NCBI GenBank assembly: GCA_016186695.1
Contig: JACPLC010000001.1
Location: 174,706 to 238,705 of the forward strand
DNA: 64,000 nt
DNA from: Candidatus Kaiserbacteria bacterium
GTDB taxonomy: Bacteria; Patescibacteriota; Minisyncoccia; Phycocordibacterales; UBA2100
Reading direction: 5' to 3'
The notes under the pieces are model-generated. The model did no database searches. It was not told where the DNA came from and worked only from the letters and a program-made list of their open reading frames with translations. A program made the translations under genes and the position numbers. Each line of letters begins with the position of its first letter. Within the stretch, counting starts at the first letter, position 1. Below are positions 19,048-27,412 of this stretch, piece after piece.

Positions 19048-19887
19048 ATGCCGATACTCACCCAACCACAGAAAGGCAACAAGATCCTCTCGTCTGTTCC
19101 AATAAAGCCATATTTCAAACAAGATAACTTTGTGCTTTATCACGGCGATTCAATTTCGTTGCTCAGTTCGTTGCCGGAAAACTCAATTGACATGATTTTT
19201 GCAGATCCCCCATACAATCTTTCCAACGGAGGGTTCAGTGTTCACGCGGGGCGACGTGTCAGCGTGAATAAAGGAAACTGGGACAAAAGCAATGGATTTA
19301 AAGACGATTACGAGTTTCATTATCGTTGGTTAGAAGCGTGCAGACGCATACTAAAACCACACGGAACCCTCTGGGTGAGCGGCACATATCATTCCATCTA
19401 TCAGTGTGGACACGCCTTGCAGTCACTCGGCTATCACATCCTCAATGACATTTCGTGGTTTAAGCCAAACGCTTCTCCAAATCTCAGCTGCAGATTTTTT
19501 ACTGCAAGCCACGAGACGCTCATTTGGGCCCGAAAAGAAAAGAAAGCAAAACACCATTTTGATTACGATTTAATGAAAGAGGGAGATTGGAGGAGAGATT
19601 TTCTAAAGAAGCCGGGATTACAGATGCGTTCGGTATGGTCAATCGGCACACCTAGACCGGAAGAAAAGAAATACGGGAAACATCCGACTCAAAAACCGCT
19701 GGAGTTATTAAGACGAATTGTACTTGCAAGCACAAAGGTGGACGATATAGTCTTGGATCCATTCACGGGTAGCTCTACAACAGGATTGGCAGCTTCAATG
19801 AATAAGCGAAAATTCATAGGAGTTGATCTTGAAAAAAGCTATCTGGAACTTTCTGTAAAAAGATTTAATGACACGAACAAAACCTGA
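19048..19887 (+). CDS. Type II DNA methyltransferase, beta-class N6-adenine/N4-cytosine (DPPY) methylase
   Basis: Motif IV DMIFADPPYNL precedes motif I VLDPFTGSSTTGLAA (FxGxG), which is the beta-class order. HPTQKPLELLRRIV is typical of N-4/N-6 MTases. The ORF track starts at 18937; internal Met 19048 preferred because upstream is Gly/Arg-rich and overlaps the repeat. The gene is about 42% GC against about 60% for the flanks. Confidence 0.8.
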   Translation: MPILTQPQKGNKILSSVPIKPYFKQDNFVLYHGDSISLLSSLPENSIDMIFADPPYNLSNGGFSVHAGRRVSVNKGNWDKSNGFKDDYEFHYRWLEACRRILKPHGTLWVSGTYHSIYQCGHALQSLGYHILNDISWFKPNASPNLSCRFFTASHETLIWARKEKKAKHHFDYDLMKEGDWRRDFLKKPGLQMRSVWSIGTPRPEEKKYGKHPTQKPLELLRRIVLASTKVDDIVLDPFTGSSTTGLAASMNKRKFIGVDLEKSYLELSVKRFNDTNKT

Positions 19888-19899
19888 CATTCTTTTCGC

Positions 19900-20544
19900 A
19901 TGCAAATAATTACGCGCCCGGTGGCTGTTGAAAATTTGCGCAAGTATATCGGCCAAAATCTGAGAACTTTAGCTGCGGGATTCGGTATCACGACCTACGA
20001 AACTGGCAAACAAAATAAAGGCTGGAAAGGGTTGGTTCTCGAGCGATTAGCGGGGTTGAGCACAAACGTTACCAAAGCTCCGAATGGTCTGACTTTCGAA
20101 CTTAAGTCGGTGGCTTTTCGATTTGTTGGGAAAGATCTTGTTCCTAAGGAGACGATGGCAATAACGATGATTAATCCGGAGGAATTGAAAGCCCACTCAT
20201 TCTTTGAAAGCCATGTTTGGGCAAAACTCAAAGTGGTTGTATTTTGCGCTGTTGAGTGGAGTGGACAAAATGCTCAAAGTGCCAAACTTTTACATGTCGC
20301 TAGTTTAGATTTTGCGGAGGACGACGCACTTATACAGGAAATAAAGGCTGACTACGACCTCATTCGAAATAAGCTCATCAAGCAAGGGTTCAAGGCATTG
20401 ACTGGTAGAGATGGGAAGTGGATTCAGGCACGAACGAAAGGAGTCGGGGGAATAAATCCTCGAACTGGCGCTCGTCGACCGATTACCCGCGCATTTTATG
20501 CTCGAACAAGTTTAGTAAAGAAGATTTTTGAGATAGCGAGTTAG
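19900..20544 (+). CDS. Restriction endonuclease of the MutH/Sau3AI family (GATC-type specificity likely)
   Basis: A MutH-like pattern runs along the length. NKGWKGLVLERLAGL aligns with MutH DKGWIGVLLEIWLG. TFELKS aligns with ELKT. GKWIQARTKGVGG aligns with GEYLQIRPKAANA. RAFYARTSLVKKIF aligns with RGFYLKKNFTSALL. It lies 12 bp downstream of the MTase and has the same low GC. Confidence 0.7.
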   Translation: MQIITRPVAVENLRKYIGQNLRTLAAGFGITTYETGKQNKGWKGLVLERLAGLSTNVTKAPNGLTFELKSVAFRFVGKDLVPKETMAITMINPEELKAHSFFESHVWAKLKVVVFCAVEWSGQNAQSAKLLHVASLDFAEDDALIQEIKADYDLIRNKLIKQGFKALTGRDGKWIQARTKGVGGINPRTGARRPITRAFYARTSLVKKIFEIAS

Positions 20545-20564
20545 GTTATGATAGGCTTGGGAGG

Positions 20565-21434
20565 ATGAATAAACTCGTTGTTGTTGTGGTGGTGCTCGTC
20601 GCACTCGTCGGCGGATTTTTTTTGTTCAGTTCTTCCGTCTCCCAAGAAAAACAAGGTTCAGACGATAAAGATGCCGAGTCTTTGACAGACGGAGCATCCG
20701 CAGTCTCGCCTCCACCCACGAGCGCTTCCGTACAGAAAGACCAAATCCTTCCGCCTCCTCCATCCCCAAAGCCGGCAGTGCAGCAACAGCACTTCACTCC
20801 GCAACCTCCGAGCCCTCAAACAAATTCCGATGAACCGCCTTTGAAATTGAAAGGTATCGGCGTCAATTTTGAGGATTTTACATTCACGAAAGAGAAGCTT
20901 CAATTTGGCCGGCTTTTTATGGGCTTTGGTTTTGTTATTCCCGGAAGCAGCTCAAGCTCGGGCCAAGATAAATCGAATCCCCAGCCGACCTATGTACTGC
21001 CCCTAGGGACGCCCGTGCGCTCAATCGTAGATGGGGTAGTGGCGGCTATTCCGACGCTCTGGAGCGGAGATGTATCCATTCAGGTCACTGCAAACGGGAA
21101 AATGGAAAAATGGGTCTATGAGACGGAGCATCTTATTAATCCGAAGGTTGCGGTGGGCGACAAGGTCGTCGCCGGTCAGATAATCGGGGAGGTGGGTTCT
21201 TTCGGCAACGGGGATCCTCCCGGATACGGAGCCGTGGAGATCGGATTAGTGAAAGGAGGTCAAACCCCACAGCATGTGTGCCCGTTTGCATATCTTGATG
21301 ATTCGATTCGAGAGGCAACGTTTGCAAAGATGAGAGACCTTTTCCAATCATGGGAAGAGTATGTGGGAGACCAAACGCTGTATTCCGATACGCAAATTCC
21401 CGGGTGCGTCACACTCAATCCGATCGAAGGATGA
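20565..21434 (+). CDS. Secreted protein with a Pro-rich linker and a degenerate (probably non-catalytic) LytM/ M23-like domain
   Basis: N-terminal anchor MNKLVVVVVVLVALVGGFFLF. PPPPSPKPAVQQQHFTPQPPSPQ linker. The C-terminal topology DGVVAAI...YETEHL...VAVGDKVVAGQIIGEVGSFG follows the M23 beta-barrel, but the HxxxD and HxH zinc ligands are not evident. Confidence 0.45.
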   Translation: MNKLVVVVVVLVALVGGFFLFSSSVSQEKQGSDDKDAESLTDGASAVSPPPTSASVQKDQILPPPPSPKPAVQQQHFTPQPPSPQTNSDEPPLKLKGIGVNFEDFTFTKEKLQFGRLFMGFGFVIPGSSSSSGQDKSNPQPTYVLPLGTPVRSIVDGVVAAIPTLWSGDVSIQVTANGKMEKWVYETEHLINPKVAVGDKVVAGQIIGEVGSFGNGDPPGYGAVEIGLVKGGQTPQHVCPFAYLDDSIREATFAKMRDLFQSWEEYVGDQTLYSDTQIPGCVTLNPIEG

Positions 21435-21487
21435 GTGTGGCAGCTCTGGAGGAGAGTTGTTTGATGCGTTTGTGTTAGCATCACCGC

Positions 21488-22465
21488 ATGTTAGTGGACG
21501 AGGTAACGATGACGCTACGCGCGGGGCGCGGCGGGCGCGGCGCAGTCGCGTTCAATAAGGTAAAGCTGATGCAGGGACCCACCGGTGGCGACGGCGGTCG
21601 GGGCGGCTCTATCTATTTCGAAGGTATCCCGGACATCAATGCGTTGAAGCCGTTTGCGAGTCGCAAGGAGATACAAGGGAAAGACGGCGGCAACGGCCGC
21701 GGGCAATTTATCGACGGCCCCGATGCGCCAGACACGGTGCTCAAGGTGCCCACCGGCACGAGCATTGTCAATACAGAGAGCGGCTATACGCGTGAGCTCA
21801 CGCGCGCGGGCGAGCGGATTCTTGCGGCAGGCGGGGGAGAGGGCGGGCGCGGTAATTTTAAATTCCGCTCGAGCACTAACACCTCGCCGAAAGAATTTGA
21901 AGAGGGGACGGAGGGCGACGTGGCGACCTACCGACTCGAACTGCGTCTTATTGCCGACGTAGGATTAGTGGGGCTCCCGAATGCGGGCAAATCGAGCCTC
22001 GTGAACGAGCTCACGGCCGCTGCGGCCAAGGTGGGTGATTATCCCTTCACGACACTGGAGCCGAATCTCGGTGCGTATTATGGCCTCATCATTGCCGACA
22101 TTCCGGGGCTCATCGAAGGAGCCTCGGAGGGGAAGGGGCTTGGCGTCAAATTCTTGAAACACATCGAGCGCACGAAGACACTTTTCCATCTGGTCTCGGC
22201 AGACTCTGTCGACGTCGTGCGCGACTACCAGATAATTCGTGACGAACTACAGAAGTACAATCCGAAATTACTGGAAAAAAGCGAGCACGTCTTTCTCTCC
22301 AAGTGCGATACCGTTTCTCCCGAGGAGGTAAAAGCAAAGCTCGCAGCGCTTAAGAAAAAAAAGATCACCGCGCTACCGATATCAGTCCTCGACGAAAGCT
22401 CGCTTAAGGAAGTGAAGAAGATACTCAATGAGATCAAAGATGTTCAGGGGATTGAAACAGGCTGA
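21488..22465 (+). CDS. obg: GTPase Obg/CgtA
   Basis: Gly-rich Obg fold at the N-terminus (RAGRGGRGAVAFNK...GGDGGRGGSIYFEG). G1 motif GLVGLPNAGKSSL. G3 is DIPGLIEGA. 325 aa. Confidence 0.85.
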   Translation: MLVDEVTMTLRAGRGGRGAVAFNKVKLMQGPTGGDGGRGGSIYFEGIPDINALKPFASRKEIQGKDGGNGRGQFIDGPDAPDTVLKVPTGTSIVNTESGYTRELTRAGERILAAGGGEGGRGNFKFRSSTNTSPKEFEEGTEGDVATYRLELRLIADVGLVGLPNAGKSSLVNELTAAAAKVGDYPFTTLEPNLGAYYGLIIADIPGLIEGASEGKGLGVKFLKHIERTKTLFHLVSADSVDVVRDYQIIRDELQKYNPKLLEKSEHVFLSKCDTVSPEEVKAKLAALKKKKITALPISVLDESSLKEVKKILNEIKDVQGIETG

Positions 22466-22684
22466 CTGTTGCACGGGAGTTGTTTGATACCGAGACAGTT
22501 CTTGCAGAATGAATGCTCGATCGTCCCTCAAGAAACGCGCCTCGTGTAATCCGCTTTCTGGGGAAAAGAGGCGGCTTGGCCCCGTTTAGCTGGTAATATT
22601 TCTTATGTACGGCCGTCTTCACACTCCGTACACCCGCCAAAAGGCGGTTTACATTAGCCATTAACAATTAATACACAGAGCTAT

Positions 22685-23761
22685 ATGCAGAGATTATCCA
22701 TAGCCGCGGGCACGATCATCGTGAGCGCGGTACTTTTGTTTGGAGGCGCATTCGCCTATGCCGAATCGAACGATTCGAGGGGCAACAGCGATGCCGCCAA
22801 GAAGAACGTTGAAATTCTTCAGGAGCAGATAAAGAAGCTCAATGAGCAGATAAAGGAGCTCATGAAGAAACAGCAGGAGGCAGTGAAGGATTTCCGCAAG
22901 TCTCTCGTCGACGATGACGATGATGATGGCGATGACGACTCGCGTACGGGCACGAGCACGCGTGCCGCAGTGAAGGAGTTTCGCTCCGACCTTGAGGCAA
23001 CAAGGAGCGAACTCAAGTTCCTCCGGTCGCTCCGGCGCGGTATGTCGGGAGACGACGTGCGCGACCTGCAGGAACTTCTCTCGCAGGACTCGGACATATT
23101 TCCCTCCGGCCTTATCACCGGATTCTTCGGTGCGCTCACCGAACAGGCGGTGAAGAGGTTCCAGGAAAAGCACGGCATCGAAAGGTTGGGCATCTTCGGC
23201 CCGAAGACGCAGGCGAAGATCCTCGCGCTCTTCGTCGGCCGTGAACTGCCACCGGGCATCATCAAGCGACTCGGCCTCGGAACGAGTACGACGACCCCCG
23301 GCGCGGGCGTCGTGACGATCTGCCACAAACCTGCCGGCGCCTCGCCGCAGACTATCGTGATAGCGGTGCCTGCGCTCGGCGCGCACCTAGCGCATGGCGA
23401 TACGGCAGGCATCTGCCCCGGAGCGGCAACGACGACACCTCCGACATCACCACCACCCCCGCCGGCAGACACGACCGCGCCGGTCATCTCCGGCCAAGCG
23501 GTTTCCGGCATCTCGTCGACGACCGCAATGCTCTCGTGGAGCACAAACGAGACAGCAACGGGCAAGGTCTACTACTCGACGAGTGTGCCGGTCAACCTCG
23601 CGACGGCGCTCACGGTGAGTTCGGCCTCGGCAACCACGAGCCACGCCCTCACGCTCACGGGCCTTACCGCGAGCACGACCTACAGCTACGCGCTGGAAGC
23701 GAAGGACGCCGCGGGCAATACCGCGACGACATCGGCGCAAAGCTTCGTGACGATAAATTAG
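22685..23761 (+). CDS. Secreted protein: coiled-coil, acidic stretch, PG-binding module, Pro-rich linker and a C-terminal Ig/Fn3-like beta domain
   Basis: Signal peptide MQRLSIAAGTIIVSAVLLFGGAFAYA. Coiled-coil is KKNVEILQEQIKKLNEQIKELMKKQQE. Acidic stretch is DDDDDGDDD. PG-binding-like segment is MSGDDVRDLQELL...FGPKTQAKILALF. TTPPTSPPPPP linker. The C-terminal region is T/S/A-rich (ISSTTAMLSWSTNETATGKVYYS). Confidence 0.6.
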   Translation: MQRLSIAAGTIIVSAVLLFGGAFAYAESNDSRGNSDAAKKNVEILQEQIKKLNEQIKELMKKQQEAVKDFRKSLVDDDDDDGDDDSRTGTSTRAAVKEFRSDLEATRSELKFLRSLRRGMSGDDVRDLQELLSQDSDIFPSGLITGFFGALTEQAVKRFQEKHGIERLGIFGPKTQAKILALFVGRELPPGIIKRLGLGTSTTTPGAGVVTICHKPAGASPQTIVIAVPALGAHLAHGDTAGICPGAATTTPPTSPPPPPADTTAPVISGQAVSGISSTTAMLSWSTNETATGKVYYSTSVPVNLATALTVSSASATTSHALTLTGLTASTTYSYALEAKDAAGNTATTSAQSFVTIN

Positions 23762-23778
23762 CGGGATTGTGCAGATGA

Positions 23779-23816
23779 TGCAGCCGCCGGCCTTTAGCCG
23801 GCGGCTGCATTTTTTC
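23779..23816 (+). terminator. Rho-independent terminator
   Basis: GCAGCCGCCGGC-ctttag-CCGGCGGCTGC followed by TTTTTT, immediately after the 22685..23761 stop. Confidence 0.75.
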
Positions 23817-23817
23817 A

Positions 23818-24315
23818 GTGTATGATTTCCTGATGCAGGCGACATATTTTCGTAATTTTGTTTTTGGTGTCGAAGATAGTCTCGTCTCGACGGTGGGGCT
23901 CCTCTCGGGAGTTGCGATTGCAGGCGTTGCGCGGGAGACGATACTGCTCACCGGCATAGTTCTCATTTTCGTGGAGGCGTTCTCGATGGCTGCGGGGAGT
24001 TTTCTTTCGGAAACTTCGGCGGAGGAATATACGACTAAGCGCGAGGCCGTGGCATCGGACTCGTTCTTCGCGGGCACAGTCATGTTTGCCTCGTACTTCG
24101 TTGCGGGTTTCGTCCCGCTTTTTCCGTATGTAGTTGTTGCAGGCACCAATGCCCTCCCCCTCTCCATCGCCTCATCAGTGCTCGCACTTTTCATACTCGG
24201 GCTTGTAAGCGGCACGCTTTCGAAGACGTCTCTCCTCAGAAGTGCACTGCGCATGACGATCGTAGGCGGCATCGCGATAGCGGTTGGCGTCACCGTCGGC
24301 TCTCTCCTCGGTTAA
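23818..24315 (+). CDS. VIT1/CCC1-family (iron/manganese transporter-like) membrane protein, short form
   Basis: FGVEDSLVSTVGLLSGVAIAGV matches the VIT family FGxxDGLVSxxxLxxGVAGA motif. Three or four TM helices, 165 aa. Confidence 0.6.
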   Translation: MYDFLMQATYFRNFVFGVEDSLVSTVGLLSGVAIAGVARETILLTGIVLIFVEAFSMAAGSFLSETSAEEYTTKREAVASDSFFAGTVMFASYFVAGFVPLFPYVVVAGTNALPLSIASSVLALFILGLVSGTLSKTSLLRSALRMTIVGGIAIAVGVTVGSLLG

Positions 24316-24377
24316 TGTCCCAATTTGTATAAGTGGATAACCGCTTGTTAGGTTTCGAGAGTCGGTACAATAAGGGC

Positions 24378-24548
24378 ATGGCAAAGAATGCGAAAAAAGG
24401 GCGCGGCCGAAGGGGCGAGGTAAACAAACGCTCGCAGGTTCTCTCGCCGCGCAACAAGCGCTGGACCAAGGTCAATAATAAAACCGGCCGATTCATGGAT
24501 CAGATGAAGCGAATGGGCCGGGCTTTCAAAGGCGTGCGGATGAAGTAG
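24378..24548 (+). CDS. Small very basic protein (56 aa), hypothetical
   Basis: The ORF track starts at 24333; internal ATG at 24378 (MAKNAKKGRGRRGEVNKRSQVLSPRNKRWTKVNNKTGRFMDQMKRMGRAFKGVRMK) preferred. About 40% K/R, like a ribosomal or nucleic-acid-binding protein, but no family recognised. Confidence 0.35.
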   Translation: MAKNAKKGRGRRGEVNKRSQVLSPRNKRWTKVNNKTGRFMDQMKRMGRAFKGVRMK

Positions 24549-24611
24549 CGCACCTAAGCGGCGTTTTGCCCGCACTTGCTCTGTGCCGGAGTTTGGCATA
24601 GAAAGTATGGG

Positions 24612-25214
24612 ATGAAAGGGTACAGCCTCACGTTTTTTGTCGCGATCGGCATGGTTCTCGGGATCGTTGTGTTCGTTTCGACGATGACGGGCGCGCTCTG
24701 GTATACGCCGGATTCTGAGGTTCCCGCGCCTGCTCTCGAAGGACTCGCGGAGCAGACTGCCTCTGCTGAAGACTATCCTGTCCGTCTCAAGATACCGGCG
24801 ATCGCGGTCGACGCGACAGTTCAGTATGTGGGAGTGAATGCGAAGGGCAACATGGCAGCACCCTCAAACTTTACCGACGTGGGATGGTACAAGTACGGCA
24901 CCGTGCCCGGTTTTGTGGGGAGCGCCGTGGTGACAGGGCACGTCGACAACGCACTCGCCCTGCCGGGAGTTTTTAAAAATCTCCACGCCTTGAAGGTCGG
25001 CGACGAGATTTATATGGAGAGTAAAGACGGCAGTGAGCTGCGTTTCAGGGTTGCTGAAATTCAAACATATCCCTACACACACGTTCCGCTGAAAACTCTT
25101 TTCTCGCGGCGTGATCTCCCGCGCCTCAACCTCATTACCTGCAAAGGCGCGTGGCTTCAAAGCGAGCGGAGCTACGACGAGCGCCTCGTCGTCTACGCGG
25201 AGCTTGTTTCGTAG
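24612..25214 (+). CDS. Sortase-family transpeptidase
   Basis: N-terminal TM MKGYSLTFFVAIGMVLGIVVFV. Active-site motifs: VVTGHVD (His) and LNLITCKG (TLxTC Cys). The ORF track starts at 24576; Met 24612 is a plausible start. Confidence 0.7.
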   Translation: MKGYSLTFFVAIGMVLGIVVFVSTMTGALWYTPDSEVPAPALEGLAEQTASAEDYPVRLKIPAIAVDATVQYVGVNAKGNMAAPSNFTDVGWYKYGTVPGFVGSAVVTGHVDNALALPGVFKNLHALKVGDEIYMESKDGSELRFRVAEIQTYPYTHVPLKTLFSRRDLPRLNLITCKGAWLQSERSYDERLVVYAELVS

Positions 25215-25245
25215 TAGTCGCGCTATACTTTCGAGGACTCTCGAT

Positions 25246-26274
25246 ATGAGTTTCTACCGAGCGTTTGTTCGTCCGACAATAGATCTGTTTTCAGGTTTCG
25301 ATCGGGAACGCGCGCACTACATTGCGCTGTATGCGCTTCGCTCGTACGGCACTCTTTTTCGATTTGGCGGTGTTCGCAACGAGGTGAGAGCGTTTGGCGT
25401 TACGTTCCCGAATCCGGTCGGTGTTGCCGCCGGCTTTGATAAGCACGCGATCGCACTTGCCGGCTTGGAGGCGCTCGGGTTTGGCTTTGTCGAAGTGGGC
25501 ACGGTCGTACCGCTGCCGCAGGAGGGGAATCCGCGCCCGCGTCTTTTCCGACTTACCGAGGATCGGGCAATCATCAATCGCATGGGATTCAACAGCGAAG
25601 GAGCAGCGGCGCTCGCGAAGCGTCTTTCTGCCCATCGGGTACATCGTATCCCGATCGGCGTGAACATCGGGAAAAACAAGGACACGCCACTCGCGCAGGC
25701 AGCCGATGATTACGAGAAATGTATTGAGAGACTCTACCCACACGCCGATTATTTCACCGTCAACGTGAGCTCGCCGAATACGAAAGACCTTAGACAGCTT
25801 CAGGAGAAACAACAACTCGAAACACTACTTGCGCGCGTCCAAAGGAAAATACATGAATGTGCGCAAGGCGCAAAAATAAAGCCGATGCTCCTCAAGATCG
25901 CGCCGGATCTCTCGCAGAGCGAACAGGACGACATCCTCTCGGTCGCGGCATCCCGCGTGCAGGGACTCGTGATCTGCAATACGACGGTTGCGCGGCCGCC
26001 ATCTCTCCGCTCTCGGCATCGGGCGGAAACCGGAGGCTTGAGCGGGAAGCCTCTGCAAGCGCGCGCTCTTGAGCTCGTGCGGTACGTGCACACGCGGTTG
26101 CCCACCATGCCCATCATCGGAGTCGGAGGCATTCTTTCGCCTGACGATGCGCTGCGCATGTTCGATGCCGGCGCGTCGCTCGTTCAGCTCTACACCGGTC
26201 TTATTTTTGAGGGTCCGTTCCTTCCGTATCGCATCAATCGCGCACTCGCGGCGCGCGCGAGCCGCTCGAATTGA
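25246..26274 (+). CDS. pyrD: Dihydroorotate dehydrogenase (quinone), class 2
   Basis: FPNPVGVAAGFDKHA, GFGFVEVGTVVP, GVNIGKNK and the class 2 catalytic-Ser motif VNVSSPNT. The ORF track starts at 25111, overlapping the sortase; internal Met 25246 (MSFYRAF...) gives a canonical length. Confidence 0.8.
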   Translation: MSFYRAFVRPTIDLFSGFDRERAHYIALYALRSYGTLFRFGGVRNEVRAFGVTFPNPVGVAAGFDKHAIALAGLEALGFGFVEVGTVVPLPQEGNPRPRLFRLTEDRAIINRMGFNSEGAAALAKRLSAHRVHRIPIGVNIGKNKDTPLAQAADDYEKCIERLYPHADYFTVNVSSPNTKDLRQLQEKQQLETLLARVQRKIHECAQGAKIKPMLLKIAPDLSQSEQDDILSVAASRVQGLVICNTTVARPPSLRSRHRAETGGLSGKPLQARALELVRYVHTRLPTMPIIGVGGILSPDDALRMFDAGASLVQLYTGLIFEGPFLPYRINRALAARASRSN

Positions 26275-26286
26275 TATACTGCCGGA

Positions 26287-27357
26287 ATGCTCCATGCGCC
26301 GTTCTACGATCCAAGCAAAACGTACTACGAGAATTGGGAAGAGGGGCCGTTCGGTGATTTTCGAGACGGCGTGAAGGTGCCTCAAAGTGCGCCGCGGTTT
26401 GATTTCCTCGGTCAAAAGATTTCGTATCCGATCGGAATTCCGGCGGGACCGCTTTTGAACAGCCGATTCGTCAAGGCGGCCTTCGACAAAGGTTTCGATG
26501 TCGTCGTTTACAAAACGGTGCGGACGCGTGAATATCGCGCGCATCCGTGGCCAAATATCTTGGGCGTACAGCTCGAAGGAGATCTCACGATCGAGCGCGC
26601 GAAAGAGCCCGTCGTCGTAAAGAACGAATATAAAGAGCCGCTTTCCATCACGAATTCGTTCGGTGTGCCATCGTATCCGCCCGAGGTGTGGAAGGACGAT
26701 CTTACAGAAGCGATCAGCTATGCAAAAGACGGGCAGCTCGTCATCGGAAGCTTCGAAGGGACATCGTGGGAGGGCACATCTGCAGACGGGTACATCGACG
26801 ATTGGGCAGAGGTTGCAGAGATGGTCGTTGCCCGCGGCGCGAAGGTCATTGAGGGAGATTTTTCTTGTCCAAATGAGGGCGGCGCAGGATTGCTTTGCTT
26901 CGACGTGCCGAAAATGAAATTGATAGCTGCGCGCATCAGAGAGCGGATCGGTAGCGTGCCGCTCCTCGCGAAGCTTGCATACTTCGAAGATTCCGCGCTT
27001 CGCGAGCTCGTACAGGAATTGGGCGATCTTGTCGACGGCTACTGTGCGATAAACACTATCTCCGCAGTTGTTGTGAATCCGGATGGAACACAGGCATTGC
27101 CGGGGCAAATGCGAAAGAGGAGCGGCATCTGCGGAACGGCGATCAAGTGGGGCGGCCTCGACATGGTTCGAAGGCTACGCTCGCTCCGCGAGGAGCTTGG
27201 TATGAACTATGCAATCGTAGGCGTCGGCGGTGTCATGGCCCCGAAGGATTTCAAAGAATACCGCGATTCTGGCGCCGATGTCGTTATGAGCGCGACCGGC
27301 GCAATGTGGAACCCCTACCTCGCAAAGGAGATCAAGGAAGCGTATCCAGACGCATAG
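26287..27357 (+). CDS. Class-1-type dihydroorotate/ dihydropyrimidine dehydrogenase-family TIM-barrel flavoenzyme (paralog of pyrD)
   Basis: IGIPAGPLLNS, GFDVVVYKTVRT and the catalytic-Cys motif GDFSCPNEGG (class 1 N-x-SCPN). 356 aa, 12 bp downstream of pyrD. Confidence 0.6.
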   Translation: MLHAPFYDPSKTYYENWEEGPFGDFRDGVKVPQSAPRFDFLGQKISYPIGIPAGPLLNSRFVKAAFDKGFDVVVYKTVRTREYRAHPWPNILGVQLEGDLTIERAKEPVVVKNEYKEPLSITNSFGVPSYPPEVWKDDLTEAISYAKDGQLVIGSFEGTSWEGTSADGYIDDWAEVAEMVVARGAKVIEGDFSCPNEGGAGLLCFDVPKMKLIAARIRERIGSVPLLAKLAYFEDSALRELVQELGDLVDGYCAINTISAVVVNPDGTQALPGQMRKRSGICGTAIKWGGLDMVRRLRSLREELGMNYAIVGVGGVMAPKDFKEYRDSGADVVMSATGAMWNPYLAKEIKEAYPDA

Positions 27358-27412
27358 TCTCTGATCCGGTATCTGAAGTTTTTGCAACAAATGTGCTACA
27401 TTGTGCCTCTAA

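Noticed and set aside
24576-25214. Sortase substrates with LPXTG in this window
   Set aside because: None of the large secreted proteins here ends in an LPXTG, hydrophobic, basic sorting signal. The closest is LPANNTG inside the giant protein, which is internal and not a sorting signal.
25825-27108. 427-aa minus-strand ORF spanning the pyrD and DHOD-paralog junction
   Set aside because: Both + strand genes carry unmistakable DHOD catalytic motifs. The antisense ORF crosses an intergenic gap and has Arg-rich low-complexity composition.
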